Assembly: GCA_946965045.2 (NCBI GenBank)
Contig: OX337229.1
Coordinates: forward strand, 744,001 to 808,000
Length of the DNA: 64,000 nt
Direction of reading: 5' to 3'
Source: Epithemia pelagica
Lineage: Eukaryota; Protista; Bacillariophyta
In this document: positions 1-13,413 of the stretch, piece after piece
How positions within the stretch are numbered: the stretch's first letter is position 1
Layout of the letters: each line of letters starts with the position of its first letter
Translations under genes and position numbers: made by a program
The notes under the pieces: model-generated
The model's input: the letters and a program-made list of their open reading frames with translations, nothing else
Database searches by the model: none
What the model was told of the DNA's origin: nothing

Positions 1-80
1 GGTATCAGAAGTGAGCAACTATTCGGTGTCGACAAAGCGGCGCTCAAGACATGTAGCTTCTCAAAGCACACCAAGCTTAC

Positions 81-1017
81 CGCAATCCGAAAAGCATCGA
101 TTCCACAATGGGCCGTTGCATTGGCATCGGTGTCGCGCAACAGTTCCGCCATACACAGGCCAAAGACAGCACAGATATTTCAAAACACAGCATTTGACGC
201 GTTGAAAGCCAAAGGCACCACGATCAAACGGGTGGGTCAGAACAGCATCCGCACTCCAGGATCCACATCTGTTGGCCAACGGAGAGGAAAGCAGACAAAA
301 TGTTTGAGCTTCGACGATCTGATGGAGCAACATCATGAGACCTTAAGTCTCAGAAGGTTATGTCAGGATCACGTACCCACAGTATCCAAAAGGCCAGCGG
401 GCAGTGGGGTTGTTAACTGTTTGTGTCGACCAGGAAAGTTAGAAGAGGAAGGTTCCATTCAAATAAAACTCAAACGGTGTTCAACTTACTAACAATTCGA
501 TTCGGGTAAACACGGAAAAATGTTCTCGTCGAGTATTCTTTGCGAAGCCAGCAACACATTTGATCACAGCTGAAATACACACAAACATTTCCAATTCCAT
601 TGGTAGCGATGAGTGTCAATACAGTCAGAAAGAATCCAGGCAAGAGAAGAATCCAGTACATGGGTCGGCAACATCGAAAGCCATATCCATGATCAATCAC
701 TGCTTCGTAGAGCAAAAGATCCGAGTTCTGTGCGAGGTGTTTTTCCATGTGAGTAGAGGGGAGGCCATCCACATGATCAGGAACAAGATTTGAGCCTGCT
801 CGGTTGGTACCAAAGTAGCTGTAATATGATCCCGTAGTTGTGGATGGAGCACCGTCCAAACAAATGGACAGATTGTAAGTTCAGATCTCTGGACGTCCTT
901 CAACAAAACACGAAGGCACAAATCGACGTACCGGAGAGGTCCAATCACCTCTTCATCGAGATCTCCAGGATCTCGATAGATACGGCTGTTGTGCGGTGAA
1001 CTGCAACAACAACCCAT
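81..1017 (-). CDS. Multi-exon Cys-rich hypothetical membrane protein with N-terminal MGCCCSS acylation motif; continues off the left edge
   Basis: Exons 1017-932, 818-490, 416-377 and 268-81 join in frame through GT..AG introns (931-819, 489-417, 376-269). A further donor GTAAGC starts at 80. Hydrophobic segment MYWILLLPGFFLTVLTLIA. Confidence 0.6.
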
Positions 1018-2006
1018 TGTCTCCTTTTGCTTTTGCGAATTCTTGGTGTTTGACAGCTGATGTTGCTGCAACTGCTGGACTTATGCTTGTACCGGTCATG
1101 ATTTTTCGACCTCGGACAGATGGATCTTCTGCTTGTCCTTTTTTGGGGCTTGGGGTCGACAATCCCAATAAGAAAAAATGAGAGCCTGCCATGGCACGAC
1201 AAATCGATTTAAGAATCACGCCGGTCCTTCAACTGTCAGGCGCAGGAAGCATTGAATTATTTAAGATCATGACTCCCAAAATTTTCGCCTCGGGGGAAGC
1301 TTGGGGACCAACGGCAGAAAAGTTCTGTTAAGTAGTGTACTCTTATTCGTACTCGTACTTTATGGCGCGGATCGCATCCGGACTCGGAACCTGAAAGTCT
1401 TTCATTGCGGATGCAGACCACATTCCGGGTTCACTTTTGGCAGTGGGAACTGGAAGCTGTCAGGGATGAGAATTCATACCAAGCACGGAAGATTCACTAC
1501 GATATAGTAGGAGTTCCACCAACGCAGATACTTTCTCTGATTTCTGTTTGAGTTTCCTTGTAACAGAGAGAACTATGCGAAAATCTTTCACGTACTCTAA
1601 GTGCAACGTGGACGACCAATGACCGAGTTAAATGCAATGAATGGTACGTCTAATGCCATATAGTACGCACTACAAGTAGGAAGAAAAGAGACCTGATCGG
1701 ACGAAACGGGACAACCATTGATACCATTCATTCGTCACTACATCAAAATTATAGTTGAAGTGTGATTTGGAAACTCCGACGAAGAGCTTGTCACTCCTAT
1801 CACGAAACGCTTTCCGCGACGGACTCTAAATAGAGAGAGAGCAACGACTTGAAAAAAAGAATTCCTTCGTCAAAGTATGAATTGTAACAATAGTCGTTAA
1901 GAAGAAAAGAGAGTATATTTGGTGATATCATATTCGACAATCATTTTTCTCATCGATGCTTGCAGCTGTCAAGCGAGACGGAACTCAGCCCAGAACAGGT
2001 GCTCTC

Positions 2007-3564
2007 CTATTTGTCGTGTTCCGACACAATCTGTACTCGAGTTCCTTTTCTGATTTCACCCCATCCAATCAGTCGCCAATGCTTGTCGACTCGGCGACTT
2101 AGCGCAATCTTTTCTTCCTCTTGTGTACACACGGGTTGCGTGAGAGCAATCTTGGCCATGTCGCCCTTGACACCCGTCACACGTCCACCGGTAGCCGTAC
2201 TGCCGATATTGACCATCAGAATTTCACCCTTGGTCAACCGTTGGACCTTGGCTTGCTTGCCTCCATCCGAAGTCTTCACTCCCAACAATCGTCGAAGCAA
2301 GTAATAGGAAACTTCAATGCTGCAGTACACATCTGGCAATTGACCTGTCAGTCCAAGGACCTGACCAACCAGACGATCGGCACGAGTGAGGGTCGGATCG
2401 ATACGGGTTCCAACACCAATCAAACCACCTGGCACGGCGAACTCCAAATCGTTTTGTTCGGCATACAGGGAAGATATCTTGGAATAGATTGGTGTACACA
2501 CCATCACCGTTTCTCCCTCTCCATCTTCAGAGTTCTCATTGTCTGACTTGGGTTGCGCTTTTTTGTGCACAATTCCGGGTCGTACTTCAATCTCATCTCC
2601 TACTTTCAAAACACCCTGGAGAATCGATCCACCCGCAACACCGCCTTGCAAGTGTGCCACATCTTGACCGGGTCGATTCACATCAAAGGATCGAATCACA
2701 ATCAAGCGTGGCTGCGATGTGAAATCACGAATCGGCAAGGGAATTTGCCGCACCAAATATTCACACAAGATATCCATATTGTATTTCAAAACGGCCGAAA
2801 TGGGCAAGATGGGTGCCGATCCAGCGACTGTACCTGCCACAAATTTCCGGATTTGTTCTTGTTGTGCCGTAGCTGCATCAGGTTTCACAAGATCGACCTT
2901 GTTTTGTAGAATTACAATGTGTTTGAGACGCATAATTTCCACGGCCGCCAAATGCTCCGAAGTCTGCGGTTGAGGACAGGTCTCATTTCCTGCCACCAAC
3001 AACAAGGCGGCGTCCATGACTGCCGCACCGTTCAACATGGTTGCCATGAGTATATCGTGTCCGGGACAGTCAACAAAACTAAGATGGCGTCGCAAGTGAT
3101 ATTCGCGACCACCTTCCTCAAAGACATCGGCATGAGAAGAACCTCGAGAAGTAAACATTGGACCAATTGGAGTATCGGATATAGCTTTTCCTTGGTATAA
3201 CTTAGCATTGGCGTAACCCAACTTGATTGTGATGTTACGCTCCAATTCGTTCTTAAATCGGACCGTCTGTACACCCGAAATAGCCTTGACTACGGTGGAC
3301 TTGCCGTGAGCCACATGGCCAATCGTCCCAACGTTAATTGTGGCTTGCCGAGAAATCTGGATTCAGAAAAAATGCCCATGAGGAAAAGCTAGAGGAATGG
3401 CTAATGGACTGGTAATTTAGACGTACCACCTCGGGTGTTAAAGCTGTCAGCTTTGTAGCATCGACAGAGGATGCATCCTGCTTGGCCAAGTGAGGTTGTT
3501 TCGGTTGATTGGGAGCTTCGACCAGGGCCTCTCCTTCAGCACCGGTTATCTCGGTTGCTGTCAT
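2007..3564 (-). CDS. EIF2S3: Eukaryotic translation initiation factor 2 subunit gamma (2 exons; intron 3357-3426)
   Basis: Spliced [21 protein letters not shown] (G1), [22 protein letters not shown] (G3), LQNKVD (G4), C-terminal [13 protein letters not shown]. Confidence 0.97.
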
Positions 3565-4614
3565 GACTCTAAGTATTTATGTGCAAACTCGTTCTTCTCT
3601 TGTTTGTTATCTCTCTCACAAAGAGTTTACTTTCTCTTCTCGCTTTCTCGTTGAACTCCAACGCTGCAGGACTTGTCAGCGCACTGCACACTGCACCCCA
3701 AGAGAACGGAGGGTGGAACGAGACGCGGACGTGTTTGAAAGGTCGAAGGACAGACTACAGGGGTTCGTGATTCAACAGGAGAAGCAGGATTCGAATATCC
3801 TCTGTGAGCTTCTACCAATGGTAGCAAGAGCACGAAAGTTTTGAGCGATTGCATCCATATATAACCATCGCCCAGCTCTACTTCATTCGTCACCTTGTTG
3901 TTTGTGTAAAAGAGAACCTACTTTTCTAGACAAGCAAGGGATGACGACAGCTGCCTTTCCGAAAAACCAACTTGATCTTGTTCTTTCAACCACACGTGAT
4001 GTTGCAGGTTGAAGATGTGTGTTTCACCATGAGTAGATGGAAGAACAAGACCTGAAATCACGTTTCGCCACCTTGCATCGAAGAGACGACGACAGTCAGT
4101 GAAAGCAAAGGATGGGACAGAACATGTCACGAGCTGAGCAGGTTGAATTGTCATAGCTAATGCAATAGATGAAATGTAGTAAAGGAAAGAAAAGATTGTT
4201 CTATTTTATTGTTCCATTGACTACTTGGTAGAACCATGGAACCAGAACTAAGAATTACCGTTCTCCCTCATCCATCAAAGATGTAGCTAAGATGCTTCCA
4301 GACTGATGCATCCATTTCCTATAATCCATTTCCTAATTTGTTACACGTTCTCCAGGTTGGTCGATACTTTCATTTTTAAATTTATAAATTAGCTCTGCAA
4401 TGCGAGTCGTATTCTTCATTGTGCACCACCTCCATTTGTTAACAAGAAGGTACAGCTTTCTTCTTATACGTGTTCTATTATTTTTGTTGCTCTTTCGCCA
4501 AGCCATGCAGGGTCAAAGTCTGTCTCAAAGCTTCAAACTCTTGATCAAAACCAATCCAAATCTTGCGTGAAAGGCAACCCCAACAAAACAACACAAAACC
4601 AGGGTTTCTCTACT

Positions 4615-4664
4615 ATCATCATCATCATCATCATCATCATCGTCATCGTCGTCATCATCATCAT
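4615..4664. repeat. (CAT)n/(CGT)n microsatellite
   Basis: Direct reading; lies just downstream of the 4713-5147 ORF. Confidence 0.9.
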
Positions 4665-4712
4665 ATCATTCTCATGTCTTGTGCGTGCGTGTGCGATTCG
4701 GAACGAAATCGT

Positions 4713-5147
4713 TTACACCGTCACTTGTTGGGACTGTTGCGCTGAGGCCTGCATATCACGATCCGACATGGGAGGCGGTCCCATGAGGAATTCGGCCACG
4801 GCAAGCTTGTCATCATCCGATTTTCGGATCACGCACGAGTTGCGCCTGACACTTCGGTGACGACGTGGTAAACTTTGCTGAGTCGGGCATTCCGAAGAAG
4901 ATGATCTCCTGCTGTTGGCCGGTTCCTCTTGCTTGGGCGGTGAGGGAGCAGCCGATGCGCCTTGATAGGAATCGCCGTAGCCATAATCCGTCTCGCCATA
5001 GCCATAGTCTGTTGTGTCGTTGCCGTATCCGTAATCAGTAGTGTCGTTGCCATAGCCATAATCCGTAGTGTCGTTACCATAGCCGTAGTCGGTGGTATCG
5101 CCGTAGCCGTAGTCCACGGCTTTCTCGTTGCTCTTGGCGCTTGACAT
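4713..5147 (-). CDS. Small disordered protein with six DYGYG repeats and RRxS motifs
   Basis: 144-aa ATG-started ORF. The peptide repeat is conserved while its codons vary at synonymous positions, which suggests coding constraint. Confidence 0.75.
   Translation of the reverse strand: MSSAKSNEKAVDYGYGDTTDYGYGNDTTDYGYGNDTTDYGYGNDTTDYGYGETDYGYGDSYQGASAAPSPPKQEEPANSRRSSSSECPTQQSLPRRHRSVRRNSCVIRKSDDDKLAVAEFLMGPPPMSDRDMQASAQQSQQVTV
4974..5114 (-). repeat. Coding tandem repeat, about 27-nt unit (DYGYGNDTT)
   Basis: DYGYG at residues 12, 20, 29, 38, 47 and 54 of the ORF. Confidence 0.9.
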
Positions 5148-6855
5148 TTTTGTTGTGAAGTTTCCGAAAAGGTGACTCGGTAGGAAGTGTCAATGATCTG
5201 GGCAAGGCCACGAATTATAAAAAGCGCTAGTGGTTGATGGTTGTGGATTCCGTGAAACCATAAAATTGTGCGTTGCCAGAGTTCTAACGTCAAAGAGGAG
5301 AATGGTTTGCTGGGTTCATCTTTTCGCTCACCAAACGACACCACATACATTCGTGACTCTTCATCCGGATTGGTGTCGTGGTCCCTTTTATCCGGGGTAT
5401 TGTATACCAGTGTCTAGATTTAGTATGGCCTCTCATATTCGAACTTCCCCCAAAGGCAATGATAGCGTATTGGCTATAATAATCCCTTTGTGGGGTCTAT
5501 GAATCAGCACGAGTATGACTTATCCCCTCATCCCCCGTCAACAAAGAATCGAAAGACCTAGCATGTCTAAATCTAATGTCTTAAAGTCCGTGCTTTCTAG
5601 CTCATTACTTGTACAATCTACACAAGTGTAAAACTATATTGATGCTCATTAAGATCTAATAAAATGATCAGTCATATCATGATCTTCTAACTCATAAGTT
5701 AGAGAGACTGGTTGGGCGTTATGATTCACGATTCATAGATCGGTTAGGTCAAAAAATGACTCTGAAGCATCAATGGCTCTCAAGTCGTAATTTGCAAATG
5801 TCACTTGCCCAACCAGATTTCTATGCCCGCCCTGATTCTCTCGGAAGTCAGGTGGCACAAGTCATTGTGGACAAAAGACCCATCCAATTATTGTCCCCGG
5901 ATTAAGCCCATCGGCTTGGATTTCTGATGATTCCTTCGAGGCTGATCGCAACAAGTTCATTGGACAATGGACTCTTGACTCTATTTATTTGATAAATCCA
6001 TGGCTTTGTTATGCTCGAATGAGCCGTTCCATAAGAATTATTCTTTGGAATATACTCCAGTAGAACCCTGTTATTCGAACAAAGAATAGAAAGGCCCAAT
6101 CCCTAAGGACTGAAATTCGACTGACGAGAGAAGAACACAACACACATATAATATCATAATATCCCCTTCGTGTTCGTTTGTGGGGTTGCGGGATACGAGC
6201 GCCTCCAACGTCCCTGATCAGTTCCCGATCCGCAGCCCCTCTTTCCCGTTTCGCACCCCTCTTTCGGAACCGACAACCACGTTACTGGAATCGGGGTCAC
6301 TCACCGGGGTTATTCTACAGAATGACTCTGCGGTAGATATTGACAATCGGTTTTGAAAAGTTTGTCCCTCTAGCTCAAGGATCGGAAGGTCAAATAGCAC
6401 TACCACCGTAGACACTCCCTTTCTCGAGACACACGATTCCGTACTCCGTGCATCATAATACTACTCCTAGATGCTATTGTACCTCATGCTTGCCTCCATC
6501 GTTTTTCTGTTCACGTAAGCTGTGCTCTTGTCACTCCCGATCTCCTTCATCCGAAATGAATCTCTTAGGAATGCTTAAACTTCAATGACAGAACCGCTGG
6601 AGATGAGACTTGGGTTGGGGGCGGGGGAGAGCACAATAATTTTATCCGAAGACCATACTCGTAATTGTCCCCCGTTTGGCCCCCCGCAAACGTTTCTATC
6701 TGGTTGGGCCTGTCGTATTCTACCAATGCGGGCACTGCAGATTGGTTGGTCGTACTTCCACTGCATGGTTTTTACAGGCCGAGGAATTGAAGCAGACTGT
6801 CCCTACCCTTTTCCCTCTCTTTACAGTGGATTGGACGTCATACTGGGTGTACACA

Positions 6856-8703
6856 ATGACCATGACGGCGGCCGCACATGCACATTCAATCGAAGACGGA
6901 GCATCCGTCCTGTCGGAACTCACCCAAGATACCAAGTCCACAATGCCCACCTTCTCATCCTATTCCGAGACGGAGGGCAGTGGCAATCACCCAGCCATGA
7001 TGACATCATCCCAGTATCATCATCATGCTCCTCCTCCTCGAGGAACCCTCCTCATACCTCGTGGTGCGGGAGGACAGGAGGACCACCACGAAACCGACAA
7101 TGACGAGCCTGGGCCATATTCGCACAGTGTTCGAGATCATGGTCCTCATTATCATTCGAATAGACATACTGGTGGATCGTCACAAAATCATGGTGCAACA
7201 ACAGGAGTGCCATCCACACGCATGGCACAACGTCAGGGACAAGGCATTCATCCTCCCAATCACAACAACAACAAAACCAACATGATGATCAGCAGCAACA
7301 ACAACAACAACAAGACGATTTATGGAGTGCGAAGTTTGTCGCAACCCTCGGGAAACGATTCTTCGTCCAGTGACAGTGACGACGATGACAACAATCATCA
7401 TCCTGGGAACCACCATCACCAGCACGGTGGTCCTCGCTCCAATCCCATGCTACAGCCGCCACAACATGGAGGAGGACGTCCGGGGAGTTTTGGTGGATTT
7501 TTGGGTGCAACCAATCCAGGAGCCGAAGATACAGATGGATATAGTACCGAAGATGAATCGGTGGTATCGGCTCGATCCCTCCAACGTCGGCAATCCATTC
7601 AAACCAAACGCTTGTCGTCGTCGTCGGGCTATCCCCATCCCAACCACAACAATAATAATTTGGATGGATCCAATCATTCTCATTCGGCCGCCCGTCGTCG
7701 GGAAAGTTGTGGAAGTGTCAATAGCAGCAGTCAACGGCGGCGACGGCGTTCCGTGGATGGATCGTCGTACCCAGCAACACCCCAACCAGAGTACCGTCAA
7801 CCGACGCCCAGTAGCTTGTTGGTACCAACGCCCCAACAACAGCAACAACAACAACAACATCAACATTCACCAAAAGCCTATTATCCAGAGGAGCCGTCTG
7901 CTGCTGGAAACGACTCGACACATGGTTCCTACCAGCACCCGTATGGAGGACCTCCACAACAACAGCAGCAATCCATGTCACCACCCGATGGCTTTGGCGG
8001 TGGTGGCGTCAATAGTAACAGCAGCAACCATAGCAATCGCTCGTCTCGACCTCGTCGTGCGGCACGACGTCGGGTTTCGGCCGAAACTACAGGGAGCGGC
8101 GAATACCCAAACCATATGGATGCGAGTAGTAGCAGTGGTGGACCACGACATCGAGGTGTCGATCGTGTCAATACTGGAGATTGCGATCAACTGGTTCGAG
8201 TGTCACGTCATGAACAGACAACCCACGAACCATCCAACGACTCGCAACAGTCACGACACTACACGGGACAAGCTTATCCATATCCGCAACAACAGCAACA
8301 GTCCTACCAGGACCACCCAGATACATCTCGTCGTTCGTCGTCGCGACAACAACAACCACGTGGATCCGCACGAGGAGATCAACCTCCGCAACAACCGCAA
8401 CCGCCTCCGCCAACACCGGTACGACACTACCGACCCCATCATTCGCCCGCGACTCGCAACAACAATGGTCCACCCCCACACCCCACGATTTGGACACCCG
8501 AATCGCCCATTCCCCATACTCCCCTGTCACGTCGGGCCTCAACGGGCTATGTGCCAACCGTTTCGGCGCTCTTGTCACCCACTGGGTCCCACACGAGCAG
8601 TGGATATGCAGCCTCACCGCAGCAACGAACTCGCAGAGGACGGTACCTCCCATCACCCATGGATACACATCCGAATGCTCCTCATTATCCAAGCCATATC
8701 ATC

Positions 8704-8741
<38 letters not shown>

Positions 8742-11232
8742 CATTAATCCCTTGGTGGCCATGATGAAACTGAATCGTCGAGGCTCTACGGGAGCTTGTC
8801 CGCAACCCATTTTGGAGCCTCAATACGACGATGATGATGATCGGGTCCACCACAAGGACAGTGACGGTGAGAATAGTGATGAGGCTCCTCGACGAGGTGT
8901 GGCACGGACCTATACGGCCAATAGTATGGACCTCAAACAACAGGCCCAAGCGGGAGGAGGGACGGGACTTCCGCGCAAACAACAAGATTATTATGGACGA
9001 CCCGTTCGTCGTGGAGCGGGTCGTCAAAAGAACACTGACCTTTCCTCCAAGGACGACGACACGGACACTGACCAAGCACACGGTCCATCGCCGGTCCCCA
9101 TCCAAACGACTTCGACAAACAGTGCAACCGTGGCATCCACCTCCACCAGTCGGCACATGGGAGTGACACCGGTTCCTCCCTTGACGTCCCATCATCATCA
9201 TCATAATAATCATCACCGACCACAAGAACTCCAACGTCGTGGCAATTCCGGGGTGGACTACCTTCCTCAGGCTATGAAACCTCGAAGAGCGTCCATGGGA
9301 GCTGTTCCCTATGGATCATCCTCCTTGGAAGCATCCCCTGTACCCCAAGAACGCTATCACGAAGACCGAGGACGTGCTCCAAGTAGTGGTACCATTCCGG
9401 CATTGCCATCTTCACGGCCATTGGAGGGGAGGGGCAAGACAGCACAGGCGACTCGACGTGCTTCCATGGGTGACTTTGAATCGTCTCCCATCACGAATCA
9501 CCAGTACAAGCTTCCCATATCTTCTTCTCCGTCCACTCCCCCGAGCAACAAGATGAGCCGTCGGGGTTCTGCAGGACGATCGGCACAAGGAACCTATGCG
9601 GAATCTTCCCATTCTCGTGCAGTTGAGAATTATCAAAGCAGCTATGACCATAACAGCCCCAAGATGTCAGAGAAAGAGTACATGGACGACAACAGTAACA
9701 AAGATTATCGAAATTATGGATCGCATCCGACGCCTGCTCATGGCTATGGCTACGCCTCTTCTTCTCTCCGAAAAGACAATGCCAGGCTTGCTGCGGAGCG
9801 AATGGGCGGAGGTCGGAGCGTAGAAGTATCGGACGACGAAGAGACGACTATTCATGGATACAGTGAAAAGGATGAAATGGAGGAGGCGGAGGACGAAGTG
9901 GACGGATCGGTCGTATCCGAGTCGGAAGGTTCCATCAACTCGGCCAAGAATATAAGACGACGAAACAGTGTCGCCGAAAGTCAACTGAGCGTGACCAATG
10001 ACTCCATGGCCGCTGCTTCGGTCCTGGGGGCGGCAGACCTTCGAAGAGGGAGCATGTTTTCTTCGACCGACTATGACGATGATCGACATGATCCCGATAG
10101 TCTCCTCAACAAGAGTGGCTACTTGAACTTTGTCACTGGTTTGAAACAAAAAGGTCCTGCACCACCGTCGTCCGAGAACCCAAGCCATGACAAGGGGCGT
10201 TCGATTGGGGCGGATTGTGCTCCACAAAATGAAACTCCAGACCATAGACCCGTGGATTCTCTCAAACCCTTGGATTCGTGGGGCAAGGCGACACCCCTCT
10301 CGCCCAGCAATGGTTTGACCAGTGATGCCTTGGGGAAGAAGGAAAGTGCTCCGGAGAAAAAACCTGCAGATGGCATGAACCAAGTGTCCATGCACGGCAA
10401 TTGGGGCGATTTGCGCATTCAAAGTAGTTGTCCCTCCTCCACGAATGGAGGGGAAGAAGAAAATGATTGTGATGTCAATTTGTACGATGATTCACCAACG
10501 CTCCAAGAATTTGATCGATACAAGCAAAGACCGAGGCGTCGTGATTCTCTGGTTCAAACTTTTGTCAACATGGAAGAAGTTCTAGCCTCCGATGGCAAGA
10601 AGACCAATGGCAAGGAAATAGTTCCGGTCCCCAAATTTACTCCAGCCGTAAACTGCACGAATGCGTCGGACTTTATCGTCCGGTGCTTTGTGGCACGATT
10701 GCGGAGTGGGATCACCGTGATGAAACACAATCGATCGAGATGGAGCAAATCCACGCAACGAGAGCTCATCTTGTTGCCCGACGGCAAGAATCTCAGTTGG
10801 AAGGCAGCCGAGGGCGAAGAAGAAAAGGGGAAACGACCCCAACTCGATCTGACCAAGTGTCTGGAAGTCCGCCATGCCTGGTCTCGTGACCCCGAAACAC
10901 GCAAACAGTGTGGAACGAGCGTGCTCCGGAAAAAGATCAAGGACGACAAGGGTGCAGCCCGAAGCTTATCCCTCATTTTTGCCAAACGCACATTGGATAT
11001 GACAGCCATTTCTCCTGATTCCTGCAAGGTATTAATGGAAGGATTTTCGGCCTTGTGCTTTCGACTTCAAATGGAAAAGCTCCAAAACCCCGACAATGAT
11101 CCAGCTGGAACGTCCTCACTTGCTCCCGACGATGACGATTGGGCCTCTACAGTGTATGGTGAGACTACGACGAGCATGACCCAAAGCGTGGCATTCAGCA
11201 ACGGAAACAACATGCCTTCCTGGGGACTGTAA
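6856..11232 (+). CDS. Large low-complexity protein with a C-terminal PH-like domain
   Basis: 1518-codon ORF from 6676 (likely ATG at 6856). The C-terminal SGITVMKHNRSRW...LSWK...LEVRHAW...LSLIFAKRTLDMTA segment resembles PLC/Num1-type PH domains. The rest is N/Q/S/H/P-rich with many RRxS motifs. Confidence 0.75.
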
Positions 11233-11618
11233 AAGAAGAAACCAAAACAACATTCTCTGCTTGTAACAGCTATCCATCTAGCAAAGATATTTATATGGCA
11301 TTTGACAGTATGCTTTGTACCATGCGTTGCATTCATTATACACAACCGCAGAATCCCCAAATCTAGGAGTAGACGTTTTCTACCATCTATGGCCATCTCG
11401 GGGTAGGAAATCGTCAACGTACCTCTCGCGCATATCTGAAGGCGATATGGAACAGAACTGACACTCAACACTTTAGAATCAAGTCAAGTCCTGGATCTCC
11501 CGGACAAACAAAGCAGTACCATCCAATGTGATTGAACTCGTTCTTGAGGCAAGGCAAACCAAATTGGCAATCCTTCCTTCTCGGTCCGTGTCTAGCTAGC
11601 TAGCAAGCAACTTTGCTC

Positions 11619-13061
11619 CTACGCATTATCCAGTACGGCATATTCGGGCACTGCGTGTTGGAGGGCCTTCCAGGGTGCATCGTCATACACATCCGATCCC
11701 AATGCCAAGGTTTCGGCATAGGATTTGTTGCAATTGCGGGTCTGCGCCTTGCCAGAAATGGGTCGTCCTCGCCAACAGGCCTTGACGACAAATTCTTCGA
11801 CACTTTTGGACCAATAATGGTAAATGGCGGCCACCGATTCGGCCGCCTTGTCACGATCCGTGACGGAGACCAGCGACTCGGGAACCGGTGCTTGACCATT
11901 CAACACGGTACCCCCCACGTCATGATGCGTGGCGGGCGACAAGGCTTTCATGTAATGCACATGAAAGCGTTGCGGATTGACCGTGGCAATGTGACCAATG
12001 GTTTTGTACAGAGAATGCGCATGACGGGCCCGATAGCGAAATCGTTGCATGAGGGGCACGGGAAGGTATCGGGTTTGATTTGCATGACCCACATAATACC
12101 AATACAAGGATAACGATCCCGAGGCACAATGTTCTTGCAACAACTCCACCACGGTCGGATAGCGTGTTGCATCTTTCAAGACGAGTCGTTCATCGACATC
12201 CAAGACCGCCATCCAGGTATGGTGCTGGTCACGGAGTAATTGGGCATGACAATCTTGGTAACTCGGAACCTGTTGTCGTGATCCGGGCCAATGACGTACG
12301 GAAATGCGATGACCCGTTTCGGGTCCCTTGACCTGAGTCACCCAATGGTGTAAATGAAAGTCGTCGGAATTGTCATAAATAAAAATTTCCTCAAAGCCAA
12401 TCCCCAGATGGTAATCGATAAACTCGTTAATGTACAACACTTCATTCTTGACAAAGAGACAAATGGCGGCCGTTGGTTGTTTGGACCTGGTAAAGGTCGA
12501 TAACAAACCATTGCGTGTTGTTGTCGTCTTGCGGTGGTTGTTGTTGTACTGGGGTGTGGGGTGGTACAAGGTGCCATGGCGACTGGACCAATAGTGAGTG
12601 GTGACTTGACAAGCCGAAGAATTGAAGGGATAGACAAGACAAGGTTCCGGTCCAAACAAGCGAGACAACATGGAACGTGGTATTTGTGTCATTTCCGGTG
12701 ATAACGTCTCGTTCGTGTTGTTGTTGTTGTTGTTGGAGTCCGAAGGATTGCGGATTGGATGGACCAATCTTGATCGTCTCTCCTGGAATTTGGACCGCCC
12801 CTCTCGTGGAGAATGTGACTTGATAATATGATGGCTCCCCGTATAGCCTTGGTCGTGCCAAGTCGAAGAAGAAGAAAAGTGAAACATGAGGTAATATTGA
12901 GGGACCAATGCCGCAATCATCAACACGACAAAGACGAGGACCAACAATGTGGTTTTGTGCAGTTTGTGGGTGCCATGGCACACCGAGCGATGGGAAGCCG
13001 TAGTCGTCGTCGTCATTTCGGTGTGAGCAGAAGAGTCTCGAGGCAAGGACTCAGAATCCAA
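11619..13061 (-). CDS. Type II membrane glycosyltransferase, GT92/DUF23-like (GT-A fold)
   Basis: N-terminal TM anchor; AAICLFVKNE..YINEFIDYH..IGFEEIFIYDN; WMAVLDVDE (DxD); IYHYWSKSVEEF. Confidence 0.85.
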   Translation of the reverse strand: MDSESLPRDSSAHTEMTTTTTASHRSVCHGTHKLHKTTLLVLVFVVLMIAALVPQYYLMFHFSSSSTWHDQGYTGSHHIIKSHSPREGRSKFQERRSRLVHPIRNPSDSNNNNNNTNETLSPEMTQIPRSMLSRLFGPEPCLVYPFNSSACQVTTHYWSSRHGTLYHPTPQYNNNHRKTTTTRNGLLSTFTRSKQPTAAICLFVKNEVLYINEFIDYHLGIGFEEIFIYDNSDDFHLHHWVTQVKGPETGHRISVRHWPGSRQQVPSYQDCHAQLLRDQHHTWMAVLDVDERLVLKDATRYPTVVELLQEHCASGSLSLYWYYVGHANQTRYLPVPLMQRFRYRARHAHSLYKTIGHIATVNPQRFHVHYMKALSPATHHDVGGTVLNGQAPVPESLVSVTDRDKAAESVAAIYHYWSKSVEEFVVKACWRGRPISGKAQTRNCNKSYAETLALGSDVYDDAPWKALQHAVPEYAVLDNA

Positions 13062-13238
13062 CCTCTATAGTCTCTTGTTGTTGTTTTTATGTTGCTGCCA
13101 CACCATTGTGAGAAAGGGGGCAACTTCCGTTTCCAGTCGCGCCAAAAAAGCATGACGCCACACGTCATGAAGCAATCGCGAATTGTTTGCGTGCCATGCC
13201 ACAGGAATCGTCATGTCTCGTGTGACAAAAACCAAAGA

Positions 13239-13248
13239 AGAGAACCAG
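13239..13248. repeat. 10-bp target-site duplication AGAGAACCAG (left copy; right copy 21065-21074)
   Basis: Identical decamer directly outside both TIRs. Confidence 0.95.
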
Positions 13249-13350
13249 TACCCCCTAGCGGAAGGGTGAGTCCAGGTCGTGAATGAGAGTTTGTGCATTC
13301 TGTAACTCACCCCCAAGGCGCCATCGCGCTCACTCGACTTTGACACAAAC
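13249..13350 (+). repeat. Left TIR (13249-13279 perfect; imperfect to about 13350)
   Basis: The blocks CATTCTG..ACTCACCCCCAAGGCGC and TCGACTTTGACACAAAC also match the reverse complement of 20953-21064. Confidence 0.93.
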
Positions 13351-13413
13351 CCAAAATTTCATCTCACACATTCACTGCATCCACCACGGTGGGTGGAGGT
13401 GCAACCCTCTACC

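Noticed and set aside
1340-1500. Possible structured ncRNA (GCATCCG/CGGATGC stem)
   Set aside because: The stems are short, and I found no recognisable tRNA, snRNA, snoRNA or RNase P/MRP boxes.
3579-4154. Short ORFs upstream of eIF2-gamma on both strands
   Set aside because: No consistent splice model or recognisable motif; left unannotated.
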